Shown piece by piece: positions 35,962-48,870 of a stretch of DNA of 64,000 nucleotides. How positions within the stretch are numbered: the first letter of the stretch is position 1; each line of letters opens with the position of its first letter. Under the pieces are notes generated by a model, which saw only the letters and a program-made list of their open reading frames with translations, ran no database searches and was not told where the DNA came from. The stretch spans positions 90,708,001 to 90,772,000 of the forward strand of contig NC_086097.1 of NCBI RefSeq assembly GCF_963921235.1, given 5' to 3'. Source of the DNA: Mobula hypostoma. Lineage: Eukaryota. Both the position numbers and the translations under genes were made by a program.

Positions 35962-36650
35962 AGATTAGATTAAATTAGTTTAGATTATGAGGACACTCAG
36001 TCCTCGTTTATTGTCATTTAGAAATGTATGCATTAAAAATGATACAATGTTCCTCCAGAATGATATCACAAAAAACACAGGACAAACCAGGACTAAAACT
36101 GACAAAACCACATAATTATAATATATAGTTACAACAGTGCAAAGCAATAGCGTAATTTGATAAAGAGCAGACCATAGACACGGTAAAAAAATGTCTCAAA
36201 TTCCTGATAGCCTCGTCATCTCACGCAGACGGTAGAAGGGAGAAACTCTCCCTGCCATGAACCTCCAAGCACCACAAACTTGCCGCTGCAGCACCATTGG
36301 AAGCACCCGACCGTAGCGGACTCTGAGTCCGTCCGAAAACTTCGAGCCTCTGACCAGCCCTTCGACACCGAGCACCGAGCACCATCCTCTGCCGAGCGCT
36401 TCGACCCCGCCCCGGCCGCCGAGCAACAAGCAAAGCCGAGGACTCGGGGCCTTTCCCTACAGAGATTTCGGACCACACAGTAGCAGCAGCAGCAAAGCAG
36501 GCATTTCAGAAGTTTCACCAGATGTTCCTCTGTGCTCTCACGTCTGTCTCCATCAAATCAGGATTGTGCACAGTACCCTACTTGACAAATAACAGACATC
36601 ATCACCGGAGTGGCCGCTGCGAGCTGCGTCGCGCCGCCATCTTCTCCTCT
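35962..36650 (-). mobile_element. ~0.67-kb non-autonomous retroposon, copy 3
   Basis: Highly similar to 30700-31372; GCCGCCATCTTCTCCTC head; stem at 35989-36005; (AATCT)n-like tail. Confidence 0.88.
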
Positions 36651-36749
36651 TCACCTCCAGGTTCAATCCAGACCTCTGGCACTGGCTGTGCAGCATTTTC
36701 CTCTGTCAAAGCGCTCCGGTTTCCTAGCAAATACCAAAGATATCCTGAC

Positions 36750-36876
36750 CAAAGAGAATACAGATGCTGGAATCTGGAGCAGCACACAAAGCACTGGAGG
36801 AACTCAATATGTCAGCAGCATCTACAAAGGGTAATGGACAGTCAACATTTCAGACTGAGATATCTCATCAGGACAA
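36750..36876 (-). mobile_element. Penelope terminus with hammerhead core (36839-36874)
   Basis: - strand GTC-CTGATGA-GATATCTCAGTCT-GAAA-T-GTT-GACTG. Confidence 0.75.
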
Positions 36877-37519
36877 AGATTTTCATCAAATAAATTGTCC
36901 TCTGTAAATTGCCCTCAGCAATGCCATTTGAATCGACGAACAAATAAACTGACATGTGCGAGCAATGTTATTGAGGTACAGAACAAAAACCTGGAGGTGA
37001 ATCCATGGGGAACTCCTAATGTCTTCTAGGATCTCAGGTACGTTAGAGGAGAATAAAATGTGATTTTATGATCAGTGTCGACTCAGTGGATCAAAGGATA
37101 GTCTCCAAGTTATATAACTCAATGACAATGTTTTCAGTTTTGTGATTAATTAAATTATGTGGCAAATTATTCTGATAACTGCTTCAAAAAAATCGCCTCC
37201 TTAAAATAACTGTGTGAACTTACAGCCATCCTCAAACACCACTGTCCCTAATGGGATGACTTTAATTAAATTAATTTGAATGAGGCTGATGGCAAGTGCC
37301 CTACACAACAAGCAATACAAATTGCCACAGATGACATCTAGTTACTAATAGGATATAATTACACAGTTAGAAACCGTGACTGAATGTTTGAGGTCACTGA
37401 GTATACTTCTAAATTAACCATGTGTCAGCAATACGAACAAATAACAGAGCATTAGCATTAGCCCTTGTACACTGCTATTATCTGCAGATAGAGCAAGCAT
37501 AACTCTGGGTTAGACTTAA

Positions 37520-37620
37520 GCAATGCACACAAGAAGCTGGAGGGACTCAGCAGGTAGACAGCATCCACTGAGATGTACAAACCGTCAATCTTTCAGGCTG
37601 AGACTCTTCTTCAGGGCCAT
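37520..37620 (-). mobile_element. Penelope terminus with hammerhead core (37583-37617)
   Basis: - strand GCC-CTGAAGA-AGAGTCTCAGCCT-GAAA-G-ATT-GACG. Confidence 0.7.
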
Positions 37621-37632
37621 TCTGTAGACCTA

Positions 37633-38147
37633 AGGCTGATTTATACTTGTGTGTCAAATTGATGCCATAGGTATGGCGTAGCCGCGAACCCTGCGCAGTG
37701 CCTACGTGGATCCCTACGCCGTAGCCTGACACACATTTCTCCCAAAATGTAACTACGCGTCATGGCAACACAGACCGCAACAACTGTGATTGGTCCGCTT
37801 GGTAGTATCATATTTCCTCCTACGCTGCAGTAGCTTCCCATTGGGTGACTGAAGGGCAGGGAAGGAACGCTGGCTGCAATGCTTTCCATAAAGCTTTACA
37901 GACCTCTGAAATTATGGAGGACACATTTTGCTTTTACAAAAAAAGATGCTCGCTTTAAACTTGTTTACCCTGAGAAAGACTACCATGACCATGAAGCCTT
38001 GCAAGGGCAGGTGTGTGCACATGCGTGACATGCGCGAATTGCAGAGCGACGTAGACACACGAACACACAAGTATAAATGCTCACAATGGCGTAGCCCACT
38101 TGCGTAGGCTACGGCGTAAGCTGGTACGCACAAGTATAAATCAGCTT
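37633..38147. mobile_element. Non-autonomous DNA transposon (PIF/Harbinger-like MITE)
   Basis: TIR AGGCTGATTTATACTTGTGTGT / ACGCACAAGTATAAATCAGCTT; 3-bp CTA/TTA flanks; subterminal GCGTAG repeats; extra internal TIR copy near 38066. Confidence 0.8.
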
Positions 38148-38449
38148 TTAATCCATTCCTGGTTAAAGCATATAAGAAATTGCTTTAGAATGTCTGTCAA
38201 TATCATTAATGGCACTCAGGAGGCGGAATTCCAGACAGTGCTTTGCTACGCAAAGGCTGGTCAACTAAGTCAGAGGTGCATCAAAATTCTTTTTTGTTGA
38301 GGGTGGTTTATCTCTGGAGTGCTCTACTGCAGAGGAATGCAGAACCTGGATCATCAATGTTAGGGATAGATAAATTCCTGAAAGATCGAGAAATTGAGGG
38401 GAAACTGGCATTAAAAAGGAATTGAAGCCAGTGTACATCAGTCATAACG

Positions 38450-38645
38450 AAAACAGAATATTTTGGAAATACTCAGCAGGGGAGGCTGCAACAGTGGGAA
38501 GAAAAATGGAGTTAATGTATCAGTTCCAGACCTAGGGTCAGAACCCATGAAGACCATTCTGATGAAGGGACTTCGACCTGAAATGTTAACACTATTTCTC
38601 TTCCCACAGATACAGCCTGACCTGCTGATTATTTCCAACATCTGC
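38450..38645. mobile_element. Palindromic pair of Penelope termini; + strand hammerhead core at 38556-38590
   Basis: TTGGAAATACTCAGCAGG ... CCTGCTGATTATTTCCAA arms; CTGATGA-AGG..CCT-GAAA-T-GTT. Confidence 0.75.
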
Positions 38646-39039
38646 AGGGTGAATAAAAATGGAATGAATGTAGGTTTGAGTAAATGGTTGATTGATGGTC
38701 AGTGCAGATCCTATGAGCCAAAGTGACTGTCCCTGTTCTATATCTCCTTGTGACTAATATTGGCCATGCAGCGATTTAGTTGGATAAGCTATCGAAGAAT
38801 GGAGAATGACGGGTGGTGCTTAGGCATGGTCCAGCTGTTGTCATGTTGTACCACAGAGCAGTCTACATTTCTATCCAAGTTGCACTCAAGGCATTAAGGA
38901 ACAATTGAGTAGGTGGGATTTGGTGCCTGCCCAATTTTAGAGGTGGACGCAGGGATGACTTGTTCTTTTCCCTCGTGACTATCAGTAAACCGGTTGAGCT
39001 GTCTGACCTCCATCAGTTCTGGTCAGCCCATTACAGGGA

Positions 39040-39510
39040 GGCCGTGAAGGGTGCAGAAGAGGTTTACCGAGGTGCTGCTTGGATTTGAGGGCAAGTACTC
39101 TTAAGAGTGGCTGATCAAACTTGAGTCATTTTCCTTGGAGCAGTGGAAGCTGCTGGGAGACCTGACAGAAGGTTATAAAATTATGAGAGGCGTAGATAGA
39201 TGGTATATTCTTCCCAGAGTTGAAATGTGCGATACTGAAAGGCATGCATTTAAAGGGAGAGTGGGTAAGCTCAAAGGAGATGTACGGGGCAAGTTTTTTC
39301 ACACTGAGAGTGGTTTGTGCATGGAATGTGCTGTCAGGGGTGGGGGTGGAGGAAGATACAATTGAGGCATTTAAGAGATTCTGTGTGGAGGAATATGGAA
39401 CATTTATGGGCAGATGGTACTAGTTTAATCAGGTGTCATTATCTTATATGTTTGGGCCAGCATAGTGGACCAAAGGGCTAGTTTCTGTGCTGTACTTTCC
39501 TATGTTTTAT
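39040..39510 (+). mobile_element. CR1 3' fragment
   Basis: GDLTEGYKIMRGVDR..GDVRGKFF and CR1 3' UTR. Confidence 0.75.
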
Positions 39511-41405
39511 TAACCGGCTGACACTTTTTACTAACTGCTAGATTTATTGAATTCACTGGAATTAGGTGCCTTGCTCATTCTGTTAACCACTAGGTGATTG
39601 CTGAGTCTCATCTTCCTGTATTTACAATCCCCTTTCAGGATGATGACTTCTGCGGGTAGACGGCGGGAAAGGTAATGAGTAAAATGTACAATTGGAATCT
39701 TAAGCTAGCGTGGCGTAGTGTGATAGGATTATAGAGAAGGAAAATGATGGATAGTAAGCCATGCATCCTTAATACAGGATTAACAGTTGACATGGTAGTG
39801 AGCGGATGAAGGTTAAGTATTCTAATTATTTTAAGAAATAGAGAAAGATATTTGGATCAGGATTACATTCATTTTGCTTTAAGTAACTGAAGGGAGGTTT
39901 TGTATCATTATTATTGCAAGCAGTTCTCTGCAAATCTTTGAGGCATTTATTTCTCATCAATTTTGTTCAAGACCTTCCTTCAGAGTTATTCAGCTATTGA
40001 TAAGTACGCTCTGTTTTCTCAAAATAACCAAAATATTTAGCAAAGTGTCCGCATGGCTCAGTGCGTAATTGTGTCTGAATCAGTAAAGTTTGTTAAAGAC
40101 TGGATCCAGAGGTTAGGCATCCCATGGTATGGCAGGAATGCTCAGTAGGAGTCAGTCACGCCTCATTGGGTGGCTGACTTGTCTAGGTTTCAGGAAAACC
40201 TAGATTCATGTTCCATGCTGGAATACTGGGTAAACAAAAATGAAGTCTTAGTACTCAGTGCAGTGCTGAGTGTGCTGTATTGCGGCTGACTGCAGATTTC
40301 TGCGGCATTCATGAACTCAGGACGTCAAGCTGCGGTATCGCCTGTTTTACAGCCGCCAGGAGAGAGGCGTTGGAGCCTGTGCCCTCCACTGCGAGCAGTA
40401 TGGCGCGGTATGCAGGCTGGAGTCGGTACTGCCTCCCAGTGTTCACTCAGCAGAAGACAAGCTGAATTGTGGTCATCTGCAGATTTCTGCAACATTCAGA
40501 CTCAGGGCCCGGACTATATTTTTGCGTGGCTGTATCTTACTGATATCTTACATGTGCTTGCTGTCTTGTATGTGATTTGTGTAGTGCGTAACTGTCGGTA
40601 CCGTGTCTTGCACCTTAGCCCTGGAGTAACGCAGTTTCGTTTGGCTGTTTCCGTAAGTATTCATTTATGCTTGAATGGCAATTGAAGGTGAATTGGACTG
40701 AAGTCTTGGCTTCTTTCAGATAACGTTGTACTGGAAAATATTTATTCCTTAATCATGAGAACATATCATCCAGTCATTAATTTGCTCCTTGTTGGAGGCT
40801 GCGGCATCCAAATTAGTTGGTGCCTTTCCTATGTTAACACTATGAGTGTGCCCCAGTACCTCATTGGCTGTAAACCCTTCTCTTTCTTAATTGGTCCATC
40901 AGGATTGGGGGTGACCCACTTCCACTGCTGAGAACCTAGCTATTGTCCATCCTGTCAAATACCACCAGCACTCCTGACATATTGGCACATTCCTTCCACC
41001 ACATTTGCTTCTACATGGTCCCACAGAGGCACTAGGAGATCACAGTATCGTCCTGAGAGCTGCCCCTTGAGTGTCATGGACTAGGTTTGCCCAGAGACAG
41101 GAGGGGTGTCAAATTTTATAAAAAGGAGGAAGAGAAAAGCATTGAACATATATTAGAATTATCTCGCTGGTTGTAAATCCTCTGAGGTGCATTGAAATGG
41201 AAGTAAAAGCAAGTTCACACATTTCCTTCCGGCAGTTTAAATGTGATGTCTTTTACATGAGATATTAAATTTGCAAGTGGATAAAGCTAAATCTTTTCAC
41301 ATGACATGAAGAAGAACAGGAGAGTCCTCCTCTGCATCCTGGCTAACATTAACCCCTCTATTAATAACTTAACAATATATAATCATATTGCTTACTATGT
41401 AAATA

Positions 41406-41788
41406 CAGTACTGTGCAAAAGTCTTAAGCAAATATGAAAAATCTGTAAAGCAAAGATGCTTTCAAAAAATAATGACATTGTTTCTAAATATCAAAATAAT
41501 TACTATAAAGAGAAGTAAACAGTAAAGAACTAACTCAGATCAATATTTGGTGTGACCACTCTAAAAACTGTATCAATTCTCTTAGGTAACCTGACATGCA
41601 GTTTTTAAGAAAATCGGTTGGTTGGTTGTTTCAAGCATCTCTGAGAACTTGCCACAGTTCTACTGCAGACGTTGGCTGTCTCGCTTGCCCTGATCTCAAC
41701 ATCTTCAAGGCAGCCTTGATGAAGTTGAGTTCAGGGCGCTGTGAAGGCCATACCATCTGAGGGTGCCTAAGACTTTTGCATAGTACTG
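41406..41788 (-). mobile_element. Tc1/mariner internal-deletion derivative
   Basis: TIR CAGTACTGTGCAAAAGTCTTA.GCA / TGCCTAAGACTTTTGCATAGTACTG; TA at left flank; transposase remnant ELWQVLRDA*NN on the - strand near 41625-41660. Confidence 0.85.
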
Positions 41789-42184
41789 TGTAACTTAGCA
41801 ATGTAGGTATTAGTTACTTATTATAAAACAAAATGAGTTGTTGGCAGAACAATTCCTTTCCTCCTCTGCTTATTTCCATGTATCTCTGTGGATTCCTCCC
41901 CCCTCCCCTCTCCACATGCTTGTCAAATGCCCTTTTGCTTCTTTTGCCATTTATCTGAGCTCATAAACAATTCATAGTGGCTAGTTGTTATTGGCATGAC
42001 TTTGGAATGAAGGAGAAAACACAAGAGCTCTGGAAAATTCACATCGAGAATCTCTCTACCGGCAGTACCTGATGTCAGGATTGAACCCAGGTCTCTGGGG
42101 CTGTGAGGTGGAGGCACTAATTACTGTGTCACCATTTGCAATACAGTCTATAGTTCAGAAATACTTAAGGCAATAAAATTTCAA

Positions 42185-42375
42185 ATGCCGGACATCTGAA
42201 ATACAAGCAGAAATGTAGAGATACTTGGGCGGTCAGGTGAAGAGAGTGAAAAAGTGATGCTTCAGGTTGAAGACCTTACATCAGGACTCACTAGAATCTC
42301 ATTAACCTGAAAAGTTAACTCTTTTTCTCTCTCCACAGATGCTGCCTGACTGGCTGAGTACTTCCAGCATTCTTG
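42185..42375. mobile_element. Palindromic pair of Penelope termini, degenerate
   Basis: Inverted arms around CATCAGGACT; AGATGCTGCCTGACTGGCTGAGT tail. Confidence 0.65.
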
Positions 42376-43149
42376 AACCAAAATTTTTCACTGGTTGTGA
42401 AACGTTTTAGAATGCGTTAAGTTTGAAGAAGGCGAATACATCAGAGTTCTTAAAGAGCATGGATAGACACTTGAAAAAAATACTTAGCAGGGTTGCAGGA
42501 AATGGGGAAAGGAATGGAATTGTATGTAATGAGTCAGCATGGACTCAATTGGCTGAATGGCCTATTTCTGCACCTAATGATTAAGCAATTCTATCAAGAT
42601 CAGTAGGTGGTGAATTGTTTCAAATGTGCGACTAATATGTGGATATTAATCTCCCAAAAATTTCATAATGACCAGGTTTACAATGAGGCTAAATATAGCC
42701 CAATGACTAAATTGCAACTTTGTTCATCTTTTGCCTTCAGCAAAAGATCTCATCATGGATTTAAATCCCTCAGATCATTACCTTATGAGCTACTGAATCC
42801 GATTAGTAAATATGACTCAATCACCTTAAAAGCATTTTATTTAAGGAAGTAAAGAGCACAGTTCCATACTGAGTGTCATCAAATCCAGAGTAATTAGGCA
42901 GTGATAATGCACTTTCTTCTGAGAATGTCAATGTTTTCACTTAGACTGGTCTCCTGCTAAGCAAATCGTGGAGGATTTCAGTGGTTGCAATGTTTTGTTG
43001 TGGAAGTTTTACAAAATTAGCTTGAATAATTTTGTATTTCCTTATAAATAGAAGAAGACCATCTGGCCCAATGATACTATGTTGACCGTCAGAGAATCCC
43101 CATCCATCCCACACTCCAGCTTACCTGTAACCCATTCTCTCTCTCACAC

Positions 43150-45128
43150 GTAGAACAGTACAGCACAGTACACAGTCTTTAGCCCAGTATGGTTTGCCAA
43201 ACTTTTAACCTACTCCAAGATCAATCTAACCCTTCCCTTCCATTTTTATTTCACCCATGTGACCATGTAAGAGTCTCTTAAATATCCCTAATATATCTGC
43301 CCATACCACCATCCCTGGCAGTGCATTCCAAACACCCACCACTCTCTGTGTAAAAAAAAACACCTCTGACATCCCCCATATACCTTCCTCCAATCATTGT
43401 AAAATTATGCCCTCTCATGTTAGCCATTTCTGCCCTGATAATAAAGCACTGACTGCCCGCTCTATCATCTTACTTTCTAAATGGGCCCAGCATTCATCTT
43501 ATACACCTCTGTCAAGTCACCTCTCATCTTTCTTCACTACAAAGAATAAAGCCCTAGCTTGCTCACCTTTCCTCATAAGGCATGATCTCAACTCCAGACA
43601 AAATCCTGGTAAATCTCCTCTGCACCGTCGCCAAAGATTCTACATCCTTTCTATAATGGGATGACCAGAAATGAACACAATATTCCAAGTGTGGTCTAAC
43701 CAGAGTTTTACAGAGCTGCAAACGACTTTGCATCTCTTGAACTTAATCCCCCAATTAATGAAGGTCAACACATCTTACATCTTCTCAACCACTCTATCAA
43801 ATTGCATGGCAATTGCATGAGGGATCTATGGATGTGCATCACAAGATCCCTTTATTTCTCTACACTGCCAAGAATTCTCCCATTAGCCTTGTAATCTGCT
43901 TTTAAATTTGATCTTCCAAAATGCATTACTTCGCACTTTTCCAGATTGTGCTCCATCTGCAACTTCTCAGCCCAGCTCTGCATTGTATTGATGTCTCATT
44001 GCAACCCTCAACAACCTTCTACACTGTCGACAACTCCACCAATCTTCCAACCTTTATATTGTTACGTACCCCGTAACTGGGTTGCCAAACCAGCAGAAAT
44101 GGACCAGTTAGCTGGAGTCTGGATTACTGGAATTAAGAAAGTTTTATTAAAGCAATAAGTAACACAGTACTCTAATCGTAAGGATATAAATGCAACAGGT
44201 TAGCAATGATAAAACACACATGTACACAGAACCAGGGTAATAGGAATCAAACAAGCTCTATCGCAGTCTAGGGGTAAAATGATCAGTCTCAAGTGACGCA
44301 GAGTTCAGTTCAGTTTAGTACAGTTCGCAGTAATTGCTTTCGTGCCATTGGAGAGAGAGAGAGATAATATGCAAATCTGATTCAGACAGACCTTTGCTCT
44401 TCGCAGTTAGCTTTCGGGCGAACCCTTTTAATGTCTTCTGTGGTCACCGACTGTGACCCCTCCATTCCGGATACGACCGTTCTCCCGCGGTGAACACGGC
44501 ACCCAGGCAAGGGCGGACACACACACCAGGTTCCCACCAGTCGTACCCTTTTCACTCTGTGCGTCTATGGTCGGTTCCCATGACCAGACCTCCAAACTCA
44601 CACCAACTTGTGGGGGCACACCACTTTTCCAGGGTCTCATTATCTCGTGATCTTGTGGTGTCTGCCTTGCCTTAACGAACCTGTTCCTTTTATCCCCCTG
44701 CTGGGGTATTGCCTGTCCATCAAATTTCAAACAGCTCAGGTTCAAAGCAACCGGTCTGTCAATACTCAGACTGGTGTCTCTTTTCGTTATCTCTCTCTCC
44801 TCTCTCATTAACATTTTGAACGTTTCTCCATTTGTCTCCCTTATCGCTCTCATCAGCATCAATCTTCTGATAACTTGGTTTGTCGTCGCAATATCATCTG
44901 CAAACTTACCTTCCCTTTCTTCAACCAGATCATTTATAAAATTCAGAAGGAGCAGGGATCCCAGAACAGATCCCTACAGAACACCACTGGTCACTAACCT
45001 CCAGGCAGAATAGGCTCCATCTACAACCAACCTCTGACTTCTGTGGGCAAGCCAATTCTGAACCCATATAGCTAAATTTCCCTGGATCCCATGCCTCCTG
45101 GATTCCTGAATGAGTCCTACATGGGGAT
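43150..45128 (-). mobile_element. CR1 RT/3' fragment interrupted by a solo LTR
   Basis: HGIQGNLAIWVQNWL..QRLVVDG..VTSGV; flanks rejoin as CCAACCTTTATAT|CATCTGCAAAC (FADD region). Confidence 0.8.
44060..44890 (-). mobile_element. Solo LTR (831 bp)
   Basis: TG...CA ends; TSD ATAT (44056-44059, 44891-44894); end TGTTACGTACCCCGT matches the reverse complement of the 18431-18445 end. Confidence 0.9.
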
Positions 45129-45139
45129 TAGAAAAAAAA

Positions 45140-45706
45140 ATATAGAAAACATACAGCACAATACAGGCCCTTCGGCCCACAAAGCTGTGCCAAACATGTC
45201 CTTACCTTAGAACTACTTAGGCTTTACCCATAGCCCTCTATTCTTCTAAGCTCCATATAGCCATCCAGGAGTCTCTTAAAAGACCCTATCGTTTCCGCCT
45301 CCACTACCACCGCTGGCAGCCCATTCCATGCACTTGCCACTCTCTATGTAAAAAAACTTAACCCTGACGTCTCCTCTGTACCTACTTCCAAGCACTTTAA
45401 AACGAAGTCCTCTTGTGCTAACCATTTCAGCCCTGGGGAAAAGCCTCTGACTATCCACATGATCAATGCCTCTCATTATCTTGTACACCTCTATCAAGTC
45501 ACCTCTCATCCTCCATTGCTCCAAGGAGAAAAGGCCGAGTTCACTCAACCTATTCTCATAAGGCATGCTCCCTAATCCAGGCAACATCCTTGTAAATCTT
45601 CTCTGCACCCTTTCTATGGTTTCCATGTCCTTCCTATAGTGAGGCAACCAGAATTGAGCACAGTATTCCAAGTGGGGTCTGACCAGGGTCCTATATAGTT
45701 GCAACA
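45140..45706 (-). pseudogene. CR1 ORF2 C-terminus and 3' UTR
   Basis: LYRTLVRPHLEYCAQFW..ERVQRRFTRMLPG..RGDLIEVYKIM. Confidence 0.9.
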
Positions 45707-45779
45707 TTGTTGTTGAGCACCTTACTAAAATTTATGTCCTGTCTAATCCCAGGGATTTATCCAATATTTTAAATAAAGG

Positions 45780-46580
45780 TTCCAGCTCATCCTCGTTCTC
45801 AAGATCAACATATTCCAGTATTTCAGCCTGTTTTACACAGTCCTGACAAATGTCAGTGGTTATCATTGAAGCAAAGTTACCCAGAACCCCACGCGAGTGC
45901 TTCCTGAACAATCTCCACATTCCCCTGTGTACATCCGTTTGCAATTTATGCCCCAAGTTCCTACTTAATAGCATCATAATTATCCCCCCCACAAGCTAAA
46001 TACAGTATTTTTGCATATTGTCTACTCCTATCTCTGTCCAAAACCAAGGCAAAGGACAGGAAATTTGCCCACGTTCACTGCCCAGTACTAGATCCAGTAT
46101 GGCCTCTCCCCTGGATGTTTGGTCTTCGGATTGAGTCAGGATTCCTTCCTGGACACACTTAACAAATTCTGCCCCATCTAAGCTTCTTGCACTAAAGAGG
46201 TGCCAATCAATATTCGGGAGGTGGAAGTCATCTGTGTCAACAACCAAAGTCTGCTTCCTGATCTACTCCTCAGAGATTCTGTTGCTATTGGAAGGAGGCT
46301 ACAAATACTACCATTAAAATGATTGTTCCTTTCTTCTTTCTGACTTCTACCCACGCTGACTCAGTAGACAATCCCTCGAGGATGTCATCCCTATCCGCAG
46401 CTGTGATACTATCCCTGATTAGCAATGCTGCTCCCCCACCTCTTTCACCTCTCTCTCTTTCCTTTTTGAAACACCAAAACGCCAGAACAACCAGCAACCT
46501 TTCCTGCCCTTGTGACGGCCAAATCTTTGCAATGGCCACAACGTTGAAGCTCCATGTACTGACGCATGCTCTAAGTTCAT
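45780..46580 (-). pseudogene. CR1 endonuclease-region fragment
   Basis: RGGGAALLIR, ESAWVEV, DFHLPNIDW, SRGEAILDLVL motifs. Confidence 0.8.
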
Positions 46581-47119
46581 CATGTCCACGAGCTCTCCTC
46601 CCACCCCTATTCTCCTTCGTCAGGGCTAACTTACAGTTGGCAGTTCACCTGTCAGTGCAGTGTTTGGTATGTGTGAGTAAACACACACACATCCACAGGG
46701 AGAATTTGTAAACTCCACAAAATCAACTCCCAAGACCAGGATTTAATTTGGGCAGCTGGAATTGTAAACCAGCTGACCTCGCTGTGCTGTATTGTATCAC
46801 CCACTAACTGCTTCAGCTTTCAAGTGGAATTAACATTGCTGATGGTCGTACGTTCTTCCTGTCTGTTCTGATGAATTTGCCTTTGTTTCAAGTGTCAGCA
46901 CTGATCATGTGTGGTGAAGTACAAATCATTCTCTTCCAATGAACTGACTTAATCCCTTTCTCAGATCATTCACAATGCAGCGCACTCAAACTATTGCAGG
47001 CAACCTTAAGGTAACGTGAAGTCAAAAATTTAAGGAATGCCGACTAACTCACTTTAACTGGGTAGATTCTGTGTTAAAGTAGTCAGGATGGCAGGATAAC
47101 ACGAGGCTTAAGCTGTATC

Positions 47120-47635
47120 ACAGTTCAAAGTTCAAAATAAATTTATTATCAAATTACGTACATGTCACCAAATGCTATCCTGTGATTAATTTTCTTGCAG
47201 GCATTCATGTACAATAGAATCAATGAAACACTTCGCACAAATACTAATTGTGCAAATGCAAAAAGAACGAGGTAATAATAGTAAGTAAATAAATAAAACT
47301 GAGAGCATGAGTGGTAGAGTCTTTGAGAGTGAGTTCAAAGGTTGTGTTTAACGTTCAGTTTAGTGTTGAGGTGAGTCAATTATCCATGCTGGTTCAGGAG
47401 CCTGGTGGTTGAAGGGTGATAACTGATTCTGAACCTGGTAGTGCGGGACTTAAGGCTGCCGTATTTCCTTGTCAAAGGTAGCAGTGGGAAGAGAGCTTGG
47501 TCTGGATGGTGGGCGTCCTTGATGATCAATTGTGGCGGCAGTCTTTGCAGATGTGCGCAATGGTGGGGAGGGGTTTTCCTGCAATGAACTGGACTGTATC
47601 CACGACTTTTAGTAGACTTTTCCATTCTTGGGCAC
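47120..47635 (-). mobile_element. Rex1-type LINE 3' end
   Basis: IIKDAHHP..LFPLLP..YGSLKSRTTRFRISY.P..RLLN; (TTTGAAC)n tail. Confidence 0.75.
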
Positions 47636-47689
47636 CGTGACTCCAGTCACTTACTCACACCAGACATCCTTGTGGTCTTGCAGATTCCT

Positions 47690-48870
47690 AGATTCATACG
47701 GCTTGGATACTGGCCCTTTTCTCCAACTCATCCATACCTATCAAGGTGCCTTCCTAAACTAATCCCATTTATCTGTGCTTGTCCCTCGAAACCTTTCCTA
47801 TTAATGTATCTGTCCAAATGTATTTTAAATCTTGAAATTGCACCCACCATTATCACCTCATCAGGCAGCTTGTTCCAAGTACTCTCCACCCACTGTGTCA
47901 AAAAAACTAACCACCCAGATCTCCTCTGCATCTTCCCCCTCTCTCCTTAAACCAATACCCTCTATTTTTGATTCACTACTTTGGGGAAAAAAGGCTGAGA
48001 CTCTCCACCAGGTCTATGCCACGCATAATTTTATAAACCTCTTTAAGATAACCACGTAGTTGACTTCACCCAAGGTAAAACAGTCCCAGCTTACCCATTA
48101 TTTCCTTACAACTCCAACTTTTTTGGATGCAATTGCTAATTTATACCAATGTTGATAGTGCTGAGTAGGTAAGAAGGGTATAGCAATAGCAGATGGAATT
48201 TAATCCCGTATGAGGTAATGCACTTTGGAAGCACTAATAAGGATAGGGTAAACACAGTAAGTGGTAGAGCCTTAGGATGTATTGAGGGACAAAGTGACTT
48301 TGGTTTGCAAGTACAAGGACCCCTAAAGGTGGGAGTACAGGTAGATAAGGTAGTGGATAAAGCATATGGGGTGCTATCATCATTGCTAGTCAGCATCTAG
48401 GGTTTAAATCCTGCCACTGCCTGTTAGGAGTCTGTATGTTCTTCCCCTGACTGCATGGGCTCCTGCAGATGCTCCAGCTTCCTTCCTCATTCTAAAGATG
48501 TACAGTACGTACAGGTGAGGGTAAGTGAGTTGTGAGCATGTTATGCTGGTGCTGGAATTGTGTCAACTCTTGCTGGTTGCCCAGCACAACCCTCGCTGAT
48601 TTGATTTGATGCAAAATGACACATTGCTCTGATGTAATGTGATAAATAAAGCTAATCTTTTATCTTTAATCATTAGCCTTCCTTAGTAAGGGCATAGAAT
48701 ATAAGACCAGGGAAGTTATAGTACAGCCTGATAAAATATTGACTCGCTCACTGCTGGGGTACTGTGTACAGTTCTGGTTGCCACACTGTAAGGAAGAAGT
48801 GATAGTACTGCAGATTGCATTGGAGGATAATCAGGTTGTTGCCTGAAATGTGAAGAGAGACTGGATAGAC
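47690..48870. mobile_element. Cluster of CR1 fragments (- at 47690-48115; + at 48185-48870) with a V-SINE at about 48400-48670
   Basis: TQWVESTWNKLP..FKIHLD (-); MHFGSTN..QVDKVV.KAYG (+); V-domain GGAGTCTGTATGTTCTTCCC. Confidence 0.65.
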
